From Barthelona sp. PCE (taxonomy: Eukaryota), in contig JAUFOR010000002.1 in NCBI GenBank assembly GCA_040285745.1, positions 558,001-622,000 of the forward strand: a stretch of 64,000 nt of DNA, written 5' to 3'. The position numbers and the translations under genes were made by a program. The notes under the pieces are model-generated. The model did not search any database and was not told where the DNA came from. It saw only the letters and a program-made list of their open reading frames with translations. The stretch's first letter is position 1, and the number at the start of each line of letters is the position of its first letter. Positions 28,715-43,700 of this stretch are shown here, piece by piece.

Positions 28715-31700
28715 ATGCTCTCGAATCTATTATTGGAGAGAAACCCTGATGCAAGAGACAATTTCACCGAGCTATTTAGGAATAAGTTTGCAACAGTGTT
28801 AGGACGAAGTGCTGCCGATAAAATGTTTGAAGACGACCTTTTCATAAATAATCTTCGTAATTTTGCCTTAGATGGTGCTAGAATTGGATTATTTATTTCC
28901 ATTCTACGTACAGGAGGATTTCGTAATACTACAATCACCTTCTACTTCTACAACGACATAAAAGAAGCATTGGATAACTTTGAATCTAACTTTGAAATGG
29001 TATTTCTGTTAAGATTAAGTACTGGTTTTGCGATTAGCACTTTTAACCCACATATGTTCATTCATGAACTTGTACATTTCCAATCAGGTGTTGTTACTTC
29101 GCTTTTTAAGGCTTTTTCACCACCTAAACAAGGAAAGGGAGGAAATATTTTGGAGAAAGCTCTTTCAGACTACATATCTTCATGTTATGCACTTATGCCG
29201 AGCGTCAGTGAGCTTCCCTTGCTTGATGTTCTTGAACACAATAGAGGGAACAATGCCCTCTTTATTTCTATAGGAAAACTTTGGATACTTTTACTACGTG
29301 ATACCATTTCCACTAAACGTAACATAACATATTTATCAGATGAAGTTAATTGGTGGGAAAACCGTGTAGAGTCACTAACAAAGTTGCTTAAGAATCTGAA
29401 AACTACCGATGTTAACCACATCTTAAAGAATGGTGAAAGTATCGAACCGCGATTAGTTGCAGAAATCCGTGCTCTTATTAAGAGCGTCTCTGATAGTCTT
29501 GTCATTGCTAAGTCAAATTCCAAGTTCCTTAACGTTGGTTTATTGTATTTCCAAGACCTTGAAAGCAATACAGATTTTTCAAAGACCGTGTACTTTCTTC
29601 GGGCAGTGTTTGAGGTGATAGACCAAATCATCACAAAGAGCCCTTACTACGGTACAGAAGAACATCTTGACTTGTTGTTAAGTTCAGTCGTTTCCAATGT
29701 TATATCCCATGTACGAAAGTATATCGACTCTGAGAATAACTTGTGCATTGATAGATTTATTAATGAGAAGAACGAATTCATTGCTGATTCATTGGACTTC
29801 TTCAAGGATCATGCATATGATTATTCTTGCAAATGCAGGATGTCGTTGGTTGTTTGTCGAGAAATGAAAAAATTATTTATGGATTACCGAAGTCAGCAGG
29901 ATGATGAGGAACATGAAGGTAACATCTGGAGTGCTGTTCAAACAATATCTTGTTTCAAAGAACTGGACTTCTGTATTGATCGATGCATGGACATGTACGA
30001 AGTTTTCTTGATCACAGCAGATGTGAACCTTCTACATTGTATTAGCTTTCCCCTTATTGTAACAAAAGAACCTGTTGAACAACAAAGAAAGACAGCGTTT
30101 GACGCGGATGAAGCTAGTGTAATTTTACATCGTGTTCCAGATACATATGTTGAATTCTTGTTGAGCTTTTTTGTAGAACTAAAAGAAATAATTCTTGATA
30201 ATTATGATGAAGAAAAATACAAAAGCAAATACAAAAATTTATTTGAAATTGAACGTTCACAATGGTCAAAATGTTTTTTTACATTTTCTCAGAAAATACA
30301 AATGTTAGAGATCAACCTAACTCCTTGTATTGATTACTTTTTGGGATCTGTTATGTATTTGGGTACAAAATTGGAACTTTTAAGTTTCTGCAGACCCTTT
30401 GTCCAGAACCCTCTATTGCAGTGTATGTCACGTGCAGTTCGTAAACACCTACTATTAACGTTACATGATTCGTTTTCGTATTCGTGTTTCTTATATAATC
30501 AAATTAAATTAATCATTCCTGGTGTGAGCCAGTCCGCTATTAAGCTTCCCAGTATATCTATACTCTTTGATCACCGCAACACTATTGCTAATGTGAAGAG
30601 CTGGGATTTGTTAGCATCTGATTCGAAACGCAAAACTTTTTCAACAGTTTTATCCAAGAGGAACATTGTCAGCTCTTCAGGATCATTTATGGGTGAGTTG
30701 GGTGAAGATGATGAGTCATATCAACACTATTGTGATATTTTTGACTTTCTCTATTCAATGTATAATCTTGTTGAAAAATTCATCTATGAATTAGAAAATA
30801 TAGGTGTTTCCCGTTTGGTAGAAGTAAGTGCTGTCACAGAAGATGACACCGTACTTGAAGACCCACCGGAGTTGGAAGAGTTATTACACCTTGATCCGTG
30901 CTCTTCAAAGATTGTTATCTCTGTCAGTTTATTACAGCGGTTGTTTAATCAGCAAATAGATTTCTTAGTATCTATTCGAACAGTTATCATTGAAAAAGTC
31001 ATGGCCTTTGTAGAGTCTGTTGTAGAAGATTTCGAATTCAAGTGGACGGACATTAGTATGTTCCTTTCTTCTTCTTTACTTCTTGAAGGCAGAGTACCTG
31101 GACAATACCTAATCAATGAGAACCTCTCACTGCAACATGTTATGAAGGTTGTTGGTGAATTACTACGTAGACTCGAGTGTTCATACATTAATTTTGATGA
31201 TAAGAATGTCCTTGATGTTGTTTATCGTGGTCTATCCAAGCGCATCCTTCGTATTCCAAAAGCGTTTTTGGTTTTTAAGGTTGTTTACTCATCGTTACAT
31301 TTCAGTCTAACTGCTTATGCATCAGTTATTAGTAAGCTAACGCTCACAATGAAGAAGCTCCTTCATCAAGATTTGGCAAAGGCTGAGAACGAGTTCCAAA
31401 CTGCCGTTACATCGCTGACCTGGAAGACGCATGCTTCATTTTCACATTGTAAGGTGCTTAGCACTCTGGTCAAATTTTTAAGGAAGAAGTCTGGTGCTTT
31501 GTTAAACGTCTTTGTTACCATCGAGGACTTCTTTAAATCACTCCAGAAACAACGTATCCAGATATTACCTGATGAATCAAGTGTATATCTGTTCCTTAAG
31601 AAGAACAACAGCATACACAACAAAATCGAAGAACAAATTGAGGTATTCAACGAAACACTGAGAAAGGAACTATTAGTTGCATATCACTCTTTGGCAATAG

Positions 31701-34700
31701 GTGATCACGATCCATTATGGCTTCAGTTCTTGGAAAGTGTATCGACGTCGGTTACATCACATATACATGACCTAATTATTAGTGAACTGGATTTATTCCG
31801 CCGTGTTGTCTTTGAAGAGACTGATTTCCTCATCATTGGCCGCACATCTTTGTTAGGTGATCGTATCGTCACGATACCCAGTTATAATCAGAGGATCAGT
31901 TCGTCAACATCAATTCTTCAACAGTTACTCTCCCATCCACGTGCCCCATTGCTTGATTTCCGCAACGAAAAGGCCATAAGCTTGGATTTCTTGGTGACTT
32001 TTCACATTCACTCTCTGTTACGTTTATTAGCCATCATCAACTTCCCTGATCTCAATTCTTTGAATGACGACCAGGAGCTCAAACTCCTGAACACACCCAG
32101 GCAGAGTACAGGAAAGAATACAACAGAGTATAACATGGATGAAAAGCCTCACGTATCCGAAGTTTTGAAATTCCTTTGTAATGATAAACAGATCAACATT
32201 ATTTGCAAGGATTTGATTGATTATGTTCGTGAACTGTCATTTGAGATGAATACAAACATAACTGATACATTTGCTGAGTTTGTCACAATCATTAACAGTA
32301 GTGACCGATCTCTTTTTTCGTCAGATTTCGATACTGCTTATGCAACACTTAATATGGATGAACGTTCTGAATTAACCAGCATTGACGAGCTTCTAACAAT
32401 GCTCCCCGCATTTAACTCAGCTCGTGCATCTATCACTTCCATTGAAAAAGTTTCAGAACGAGTTAACAGTATCCAACAGCTTTTCAAGCTCGGTTTTATT
32501 GTATTGAAGACAGATGATGTTATCCATGCATTGAAAACCAGACTGTCAAGGTTGAGTGTTAATCTAAAGGTAAAGGTGAAGAAGACAGTCCGCATCTTCT
32601 TTGATTTTCTCAACAACGTTATTGAGAATTATTTCTTTGATTTTAATCAACACTATCGTATTTTATCAAACGTTGGTATATCAGTAGAGCTCACAATGGA
32701 TATTGTAGAGAAGCCTATGAAGATACTCGAGTTATTCAGGGATGAAGTGAAAAATATCGAGGTCATACTGTCATCGTCTACCAAATTCATTGCATTCTTG
32801 AGCAACACTGAGCTCTTCAGTGCAGACAGTGAGATGATTGTCAAACTCAAAGATAAGACGCTGCTCATGTTGGATCGTTTGGGAACGTGTACAGATCTAT
32901 GTAACGATATGTTCCCAATGGTTCAGAAGCTCAGCACAAGTCTTCAGTCATCAATTTACACCCGTCTTGAAGAATTCAACGAAGTTGTCAGCGAATATCA
33001 AGGTGTTTTAGTACAAAAAATTCCTTTTGGCAGTGTTGTTGAATTTAAAGATGTACCTGCAGTTAGGAAAAACTGTAAGGAAGCATTGGCCAATATTGAA
33101 TCATTTAGCAAAACATTCTTGCACAAAACGAAACGTTTCCAACGAATCATTGATTATCTCAAGAATACTCACAAACTTTCACACTTTGAGTCTAATCTCG
33201 AGAACTTAGATACAATCAAGTTAACTATATCGGAATTCAAAGCGTTTTGGAAGACTGTGAATGACACTGCAGATACCATTGAGTTCTATCGCACGGCCAT
33301 GTTCAAAGATGTTGATCTAAATGAGTTGGAATCAACTTGTAATCGTCTTTTGCTTAGTGTTGAACATCTTGAAAATGTACGCTTTTATTGTGAAAACATT
33401 CCTAACTTCTTTGTTTGGACTGAAGAAATTCGTGTGTTATTAAGTGTATTCCCTTACCTCAAGCCATTGAACGAGGATTATTTCATCACATACCATTGGC
33501 GCCATCTTTCTAACTTGGTGGAAATGGAGCTGGATATCAAACGTGAATTCCCAATCCTAGAATTAAGTGTTCGTATTTTACGTTCTGTTGAAATATCTGA
33601 AGCACTTGCTCATATCTCACATGAGGCAAAGTTAGAGTCAGGTACATTAAAGGACATTGCAACACTTGAGAATCAATGGTTTTTTACAAAGTTTCAGCTG
33701 TCTACTTGTAACCTAACATATTCTAAATATTCTCCTCTGGGTAAACTGGAAAATGCACATAAGTTACCCAACCTCACCAATGATGACTTTAAGATGAACG
33801 GAAACATTGAGGAAGAGCAAGAAGAAGATCTTTCAGCATCTCCTCTTTTATCTAACATTACTTTTGATCATAAAGAAGATGCAACTCAAGTGTTTAAACA
33901 CTTCTATCTAACTGGAATCTCTAGTTATTGTGATTTTGAATATCATGAATCTCCATTCTTCAACACGCATCTTCTCAACATTTTTTCAGATGGTCTAGTA
34001 GCTGCTGCAAACAATTTACCTTTGTTCAAGCAGTTAGAAGATGCCTTCACAATCCTCAATAAGACCGCCCTGCAGACAACACCCCGTATGATGAATTCGC
34101 TAAAGCAATGGAAAGAACGCTTGTCAGCAATCCGTGAAGTTATTCGAAGATTATTTGTCCTTTCTTTTAAGATGGATGCAACAATTGCATTACTTGCCCT
34201 TTCCAACCCTATCAAAGAAGCAGAAGTTAACAATGAAAAGATTGTAGAGGTTTTCGAGGTTTTAGAACCTATTTTCGTTAACGATGTTCTCAATGACTAC
34301 TATGAGTTGTTACGTGCACTTGCCAGATGCGTATCTGTTCTTCTTGTTCTTGATAACGACAGTATGCTCAGGCACCTCGCCAGAGTAGAAGATAAATGTC
34401 ATAAATTCATCACAAATGTTGTCCCAACTGCTTTTGGTTATGAAGTTAACAACTGTCCCCGTCTTGGTTTTGTTGGTGTTTCTCACATCTGTGTCTTTGG
34501 AATCATTCTCATGAAAGTCATTGTACGCCGTGAAGGTCTCATTGCTGATGGTAATATGTCACAACTTAATACACCTTCAACTGTCAATTCAGCAGGTAGT
34601 GTTGGTTCTGAAACCAGTTATTTCAGCAGACTTACTGGTGAACGTCTTGCTTTAGATTGGATCATTTCGGCAGCATTTCCATCATGTTCAGGTGTTAAGA

Positions 34701-37700
34701 TCAGACACGATCACATTGTTGGCATGCTTGAAGCTTATTCTCCTTATGTTCTGAAGTTGAGTCCACCACTATCTTTACATGTAACCAGTTTCTCTAGTGT
34801 ACTGAATACTCTGGAATCCATCATGAATCTTTCTGTTTCTGGGTTGTATGAACGTGCAGCTGTGTTTGAACGACAAATCTTAGAGTCAAATACACTTGAC
34901 GCAGAAGAATTCATTACTACACTTTCTGAATTACCCATGTATGTGGCAAGAACTCTATTTGAATCTGTGCTACATCATATCTCAATTACAAAGCCTGCAA
35001 AATATGCTGAATTCGTTGTTGATTGTAAGAGTATTCTTGCTAAAGCTGATGATATTCGTTTCGAAATTGCAAACAGAGAATATGAATATTCAAAATTCTT
35101 TTTGCCTCACCAGATTTCTGCTGGAGTCATTGATCCCTTCTTTGTACGTAGTGTCATGGAAGGAGTTACTATGTCCATGGCGTTTAATGAAAAAAAGAAA
35201 GCCTCTGAAAACACCTCTGCTGAGAATCCTTCTTCAAAACACGAAGAAGGTTATTATGAAGGTTACAGTGGTGCTTCACGTGATTATGATCACCATAAGT
35301 ATGAGCTTGGTGGTATTTCTGAGCTTGGTGGTATTTCTGAGCTTGGTGGTATATCCGAACTTGGTGATATCTCTGAAATGGGTGGTATCTCTGAGGGTGC
35401 TATTAAAAGCAGAGAAAATTCTGTGAGAGAAATCTTAGCTATGGAAGTTAACGATGATGTGTTAGCTGATCTAAAGAGTAACGAACACCTTGTTGTCTCT
35501 ATCCCCTTCATTTATGATTTTACGACTGCTCAAATGACTGCTAACGATGAGGGATTGAAATGTACATTCTCATCACAGTTCATTAACAGCAAAGCTGTTC
35601 CTGTTTTGTATCCGGACCTAATTGACTGCTTACAATCTATCATCAGTTGTCTTAATGAGAGGATGGCAATGGCGTTGGTGGGAGCTGGTTGTGCATTTTC
35701 TGATGAAATTATTACTGCTTTTAGTGGTTATCTCATGCAACAGGTGCTTGTTGTCAACTGTGTTAACCTCACAAGCAACCTTAACTCATTGGAACTGTTT
35801 GAAGTAGGTCTGAACTTTAGATTCACTGCTGCAAAGGTTTCCAAAGCAACCATCATTCTTACTAACTATGAAACGTTACATCAGGCACATAGAAACATTA
35901 TTCACAAACTGTGGATGTCGTCCATGGTTAGCCTTTTGATCATTTCTAACCAGGTTGGGTATAAGGAGGTTCCTCTCTGCACCAAAGCACTTGTCCTTAA
36001 GCGAGACTTTGGTATTTATGGAACATTCCTCTATACAAACTTTCTATCCATCCTTCAGTTCCAAGAATACACATTCATTTCTGGCCTTGCATATTTATTA
36101 AGTGCAACTCTTAACCGTATCTTAAGCATTGGTCGTCAGATTGGATGGAAAGCAATCTTCAGACGCAAGTCTCTCAGGAGATTGTTAGCAGGAGCCAAGT
36201 TCCTTTACCATCGGGTCACCAAGGGTAAAACAATGAATGATGATGAGAAGTTTCAAACGTTCAGGGACTGTTCAGCGTTCATTCTTTTCAGGATGATTAA
36301 AGAAAATGCTCTTCCTCACACTTCACACTCCTACACCAACAGTGTCAACTCAGCCATTGAATTCCCAGGATTTGCGTACTCTGTTCTTATGCTTCTTGGC
36401 TCCAATTTCAGCGAATACCAAAAGATCAAATTCGGTGATAATTACGATGTCTACCGTGACAGTAGAGTCAATATCGAATGCGTTGACACATCCATTGTGT
36501 CACATATATTCATGTACGAATCTCTCCGTTATCAGTACGATAATTTCGTAATTTGCGGTTCTGAACATGGACCTTACAGTGTTTTCAAAAACTTGTTACA
36601 AGCTATCATCGACTATTCTAGCTCCCGTTATGGTAAGCGTGCGTATCTGAAGTACATTATTCTTACACCCAGTGTTTTTTCAACATTCAGTGATTTTAGA
36701 GAGCATGCTATTGCAATGATTCTTGATCTACTACGAGTTTTCAGCCTTGATATAGCGGACATGGAGAAAAAACCACGTCTTACAATCTTCCTTGGTATAG
36801 CTGGTGCCATCACAACATCATTATCTGATTTCTTGGTGGAGCTGCGTATTAATCTCATCCAGATTTATCGTCCAATGTTTCCCGATCTCTCATTACCGAA
36901 GTTTTATTGTTTCCTCAATTATGATACCTCACAAACTATCAACATAAATAGAAACATGTATTTCATTGAGCCATATCGCCAACTTGATCAACTTGCTGTT
37001 CAATCTAAAAGCTTTCAGCAGACAACATCATGGCATGATCTTTCTGCAGTTCAAGACTGGGGCTTCCTACTCTTTAATGACTATTATGTACCAACTACTG
37101 AGCATTCCATGAGTTATGCTATTCATCGTGGCAACTTCCCTCAGATTTCAGCTTCTTTGGGCGGTTCATCTGCTAGTGATGCTTTAGTTTGTCTTATGGC
37201 CAAGTTTATTGAGCAGAAACCAGATGCTTATCCGTCGATATTCTTGTTCTTCTTTGGATTAGAAAGCAGAATAGACTACATGTTCAGATTATACAACTCG
37301 TTCTCTCCACCACAAGCCCATGCACTTCAAATCCTTATTTGGTCAGTGTACCAGGCCTTGTATATTGGGTTGAGATCAGATTACCGTAACAGCCTCAATT
37401 CTTTCTTACGTCATTCAATTGCTGCTTATCTTGCCAACAAAACCACATCAGGATCTCAATTTTTTTCATTGGGAAGTGGTATCTTTACGAATAGATCTGG
37501 TGCTTCAGGAAAACAAGTAGGTTCAACAGCTCGTTTCTCAATGGGTGGTGGTTCCACTGTTCGTTCTGGTCAAACATCAGGTCGATCTTCTGCACGTTCA
37601 TTTGACCGCATTGGTGATATGATTGTCTCAAGTCTATACAAGTATATGGCATTTGATGTTGACAGTGGTGATGAAGAATGTCTTCGCTTATCTCCCACTG

Positions 37701-40700
37701 CAGTATTCCCTCTCATCACCAGTCGTTTACTGGGTGATTTGGATTTCAACATATGCAATGAACGTTTCCTACTTGTCAATTACAATCCTTACTATTGTGA
37801 TCATCCAATTGTCAAAGTGCTGAAAGAACGTGAGTTCGCTGTCAAACACTTTACGTATGAGATGCCTGAGTCCATTAGTATCAAGCAGCTTTCGAAAGAG
37901 ATCAGTGACTTACTGGAGCGTTGGAAACTCAGTGTAGTCAAACCTCTGGATATTAATGAGCGCATCGTCTTTACAGTAAGTCATATGGAGCGTGCGACAC
38001 GTAAATCATTGGATTTTATCAACAGTTTGTGCACAAACAAGAAATTCTTTGAGATGAATTCATCAATTAACGTTACTTTTGAACAAACATTCTTTGTTTT
38101 AACGGTAGATTGTTTTAATCATTCGTATACACATCATTCTAATGATATATCAAACCTCCCAACGAAGTTTTCTGGTTATTTCCCTATTGATTGCCGTCTG
38201 ATCGAGGTCCCGAATCGCAAAGACTTTGAAGTCGATCAGTTGGCGAACATGCTCAACATTACGCATAAGGAACCTGAATTCGAGTATCTAATGGTTGTTG
38301 TTGATTGTATTCACTACGTGCAGCGTGCACTATCCAAGCATTTATTGTCTGCATTGGGTTCTGAGCAGTTTAATTTCTCAAAAGAGCAGATACCCGATCT
38401 CCTAAAAGCGTTGGCGCAATTCAGACCGAACCCTAAGAAGTTTGGGCTCAGTATCCTCAGCTTCTTAGTCTTTTTGATCAAGGCATTTTGGATTTCACGT
38501 TGCAAGCTTGAGTCAGAATTATCATACGCTGTAGATCTCGTTGATGATGTGATTAAACATTATGTCCCTGCCGCTTTAGTTGTTGAAATGCTCAAGACCA
38601 ACGAGATTTTGTTTGTTCATAAAAACATTATTGATGTTCTTAATAGTTCTTCTTCAACAAAGACCCTATTCCATAACGAAGAAGTATTCGTTGGTGAATT
38701 CTATCTTGTCACAGATGTTGATCTCTACCGTCACCGTTCATTCCGCTTCCTATCAATTACTGATATGGATAACATACAGGCATTCCCAATGATTGCACTT
38801 CAACAAGTTACTATTGCTACAATGATAACATTCATTGACCATCAACACATTTCATTCATCAATGGCAGTGGTATTGATAAGTTCTCTATCCTCTCTAATT
38901 TCGTTAAGTATGTCTTTGTCGCGTTAGAGGGTGTGAAGCGTCCACAAGATTATACGGTGGAGTTTATCAAGATCGAGCTTGAACATATGTTGAATATTGA
39001 TGAATTGATTGTGCGAATTCTAAAGAAAATCATATTATCAAATGAGCGTTTGATATTACTGATCCCTAGTGATGTTTTGATTCAGCTACTGGACTATCAA
39101 GATGAAATGATTCATGCCTTCCTGTCACTAAGAGATCTATGTGACGGTTCCCATAATTATAACCGAATTTTCTTCAAGAACCATAAACTCAGCCATGAGT
39201 TCAGGGAAGAAGTTGATTTGTATCTTGATAACCATGGTGGGCATAAATTTTTCCTCAAAGCTCTTAAAAATATCAAACTGATATTTGGGCTTCATCCTCA
39301 AATGCTTGTTGATGACCGAATGCATGATATTCTAAAGCCATTTATTTCAACAAAGTTTACTATTTGTTCAACCAACTATGTTAATGATGATTTTGTTGTT
39401 AGCGCACAAGATCGTTTCATTCAACTCACTCTTCAGCATAAAAAGACTATCGAACGTGAGCTCATGGTTAAACAGCAGCACGAAGAAGAAAAGATACGGA
39501 AAAATTTCTTCAAGGGTGAAGTCAAGAAGAAACAGCATATGACTTTGGATCTCCGTAAAGTTTCAAGTGTATTGTCTACTTCTGAACGTGATTCCCTCAG
39601 TTACCACCTTGCTCCAATGTATGCTCGTTTTTCTGAGTATTTCTGCGTATTTGGTAAGCCATCCCTAAAGAAGGGTATTTCCATAATTCCAGAGTATGAT
39701 TACCGCTTCTGTATTCCGTTTATCGATTATCAACACCATGAACACTTTTATGGGCGGTATATTGAAGATGTTTTTAATATGATCTTGATGATGCGCAGAT
39801 TCTTTTCTAAGCGTTTGAATATAAGTAACATCTTGAATTCTTTCCTAGAATGGTGTCGAAATCTTCTATCAAAGAGTAGCCACCACCGTAATGAGCTCAA
39901 CACTAAGTTACAGTCACTCAATAACGAGGCTCATAACATCTTAACATCATTCGTAAAAGAAAAAGCACAACAAGACCAGCTCATAAAGAAAGATGAACAA
40001 CTGTCTGGTGCTGTCGGTGACTTACAGAAAAAGGCTGAAGAGGAACAAGGAAAATATGAATTCCGTGCTGCTTCATTCCACCGTGCTGCTTCAAAGTTCA
40101 AGAACATACCCCCAATCATCAACGATCTGGTTTCGTATCAGAAGCACCAGAAGAATGTGAGCTCAACAAAGCGTTCCGCCAAGTACAACATGATCGCCAC
40201 AGCATTCCGTCACATGATGCTCATGAACCAGTTCAACCCTACTATGGACATGATCATTTTTTGTTTCATGATGCTCATTGGCGAGGGACAAATTCATGAT
40301 GATATGCGTTCGATTTTTGACAAATTCAAGGGTTATATCACAAACCTTGATGATCTTAAAACGATTTTGAGCGATTTTGATATTCAACGTGTTAAACTCG
40401 ACGTTTATCTTTTTGTGAGGAAGTCCTTCAATGAACTAGTGTTTGGACCCGATGTAGAGCTCAATGTCATAATTACTGGTATTTATGAATGGGTACAATC
40501 ATTTATTGATATCAGAGATGTATTGGTAGAAGTGGAGATGTTGCGAAAGAAGTCAGATGATGCTCAGCGCGAGTTTAAAATGGGTGTTTCGAAAGCAAAA
40601 CACGCAAGTGATTTTGTTATTTCATCAACCAGTCGAATTGATCATCTGCAAGGACGTTTTGCTGAGATTACTTCAGACAAATCGAGCCTCACGTCAGAAA

Positions 40701-43700
40701 TTGATAATCATCAGCTTTATACCGAGAGTGTACGCAAACTCAGCGTGTTGCTTGGTAGTATTTCCATGAAACTGTCAGCCGAAGCACATGGTAACCAAAA
40801 GAATAGCCATTTGCGTGTGGTAAGTGCAAGTCCTATGCTTAATAAGACGAAGAGTAATAACAAACGTCAGTCATTCTCAAACTTTGGTGAAATTGGAACT
40901 CCCAAGGCAACTACTCCAAACAATAAGCACTATAACACTCCCAATCCTCTTGAAACTCCCATGAAATTAATAGAAAGGAAGGATTCAGAATCAAGCGCGC
41001 GTTCTTTGATCAACGTTACTCAGTATGATCGGTCAGAGTTAGAACCCCTTGCTTTGTCAGCACTCCTTTCTTCGTTATGGATCCTGGTACCTAGTCTAAA
41101 CCCGAACTTTCACATTTCATTTGCGCGTGAAACGATTGAAGATCTCAGTAACCGTGGTCTCATGAGTCAGTGCAACGTCACAGATGAGTTTGTGAATGAT
41201 CTGATCAGCTCAATCACAAACATCGTCAACCAAGAGATGCGTGAGGAGATTTCAAACTATCGACCTCTTTCTGATGTGTATCACATTGAGCTTGAGGATT
41301 TACAAGACTATATTGATGCAAACGCACTCATGACTAACACGACTGCAGATATCAAGGTCACTGTTCTTGAAGAAGAGGGTGAGTTTGACAGTGATTTTGA
41401 GGAATCATTCAATGGTTTGGATAAAGTCATCGAGGACATTGATATTAGCAACTCTGATAGTGTTGAATGCAAGTCTGATGCCAGCATGGAAGAACGCTCC
41501 ATGTCAATGTCGCATCGATCCATACCTTCCACAGTAATCAAGGAAAAGAGCAAGGTCTCACTCACCTCTGAATCATCAACTCTCTCCTTTGGTTTTTCGC
41601 TTAGCAATCTTGATATACCCAATGGAATCGCTGCTGTACAGAACCCAATCGAAACAATTCTCGAGTGTGAAATAGAAGAAAGGATGTCACAGTGGAACAC
41701 AGTCACAATGAGCGATGACGTCTTTGCATCATCTATTGTTACATACATTGACACACATCGTGTTTCAATGTTCTATGATCCTATGAAGGTTTTGGACAAA
41801 TATTTCCAGTTCTGCTTTGAAAAGACAAGTACTATCAGTATTTATGATCTCACAAAGGAACGCATCATTGAAGGATTGCGAAAGGGTGAACATATTCATG
41901 TACTATCAGTTAATCCTGAGACTGAAATTCCAGCTTCCACTATTCCTCTCATTCGTAAGATTTCACAACCGGGCAACTTCTTTGAGGCTGGAACCGAATC
42001 TTTCGTCATCCCTCTCAGTTTCCATCTGACTTTCAGACTTGATGTCCCGGTTTCGAGTCCAAAGTTAGCCATGTCTCCTTTAGCATTCCTGCCAGCTGTA
42101 TCTCTTACGTACTCGACTCAGTTCATATTTGATCATTTGAGATATGAACTCATCAAAGCAGCTGACGAAAAGGTCTTCAAATTACTTATTACACTCCGAC
42201 AGTACGTTGAGTTCACGGAGCTTAAGATTGAAGATATATCTAAACGTATAACTGCCTTGCTTTCATCAACACCGCGCAACATTGCCAAAATTGTTGAAAA
42301 TGATAGCATCAATTCGTTAGATGTACTACTTAAAGAACTCTCACATACGCAATCCGTCAAGATATCAAGCAGACAAATGATTCAAAGTATTGAAAATAAC
42401 GTTTTCGATGTTTTCAGTGATTTTTGTTCAACTATCGCTGATATAATCAGTTTTGCCCAAACTTTCGGTGAATTTTGTGGTATCAAATCACTTAATCTCG
42501 AATTACCATTCATTATTGAGAGATCCCTTGCAATACTTGAAGATCCCTCCCGCTCAATTGAGCTTATTGAAAGTATTGTGCGAGAAATCGCTTTTAGCAT
42601 TCCCTATTACAGTGATCGTTTCTTGCTTACAATGTTCCTGTGCATTCGCACCAAGTTCACAGATACAATGATCATCACTGCATACCATGATTTACTAACT
42701 GCGGAGGATGGTTTTAGTGTCATCCGTAACTCATTTCCAAACGTTTTCTCAGTCGATTTCTTTGCAAATATTCAGGCAAATCAGGAATCTTTGCAGAACT
42801 GGGTTAACAGCCCAGATCCGTTCAACACTCCCATATCCTTTGCTCCGAACATTGAACCGATTCATCGTGCTCTTCTATTGATGGCTATCAACAGATCTGG
42901 TTTCTTTGAGACCTTTATTCGAATCTGTGAACCGACAATTTTCCGAAATCTCATCAAGCCGATCTTGTGCAACAGCAATGATTTTATTGTTAACGGTGTT
43001 CAACCAAAGGCAGGTTTGGATATTTACTGCTATCTTCATGAAGAATTCCATTTCTTACCAAAAGAATTGGTTACACTTAAATGCGTTGATGGCTTCAATG
43101 ATGATTGGCTTAAACACGATATGGTTCGAATCGTTGACTACAGTGATAACTACAGTGAGTTAGTTAAATTCTTACTTAAGAAAAGACCTGAGCAGAAGGT
43201 ATACTTGTTTGTGTTTGATGAACAGCTCAATAAGTTGCCTAATTCTATTTTACGTAGAGCCAGCTTTGCCAATTCTTTCTCTCATGTGAAAACTAAAGCA
43301 TCATACTCTTACCTAGAAGCACCCATGGTGTACTTTTCGATTGTACAGTATCTTTTGCTGACGATTTATGAGAAGGAAAAGCCAATAGTCGGTAAGCATC
43401 GTCAATCATCGGACTGGAACACCATTAACGCTCTGATCTTAGTGCATAGCTACATGGATTTCGTAAGCTATTCAGGTGCATCGTTTGCTGTGCATCGAAT
43501 GCTTCGCCGTATCATCAAATATTGCTGTCATTCCGGTCTTGAAGGCGATGAACTGATTAACGGTTTGTTGGGCAAGCACTTTAATAATGGAAATAGCCAG
43601 TATAACTCAATTGATGGAAACTATATTCTTCTGTTAAAGACATTCCGTATCCAACTGCTGAAATTACACAATTTCACTGATTTGATCAGGTTGACTGATC

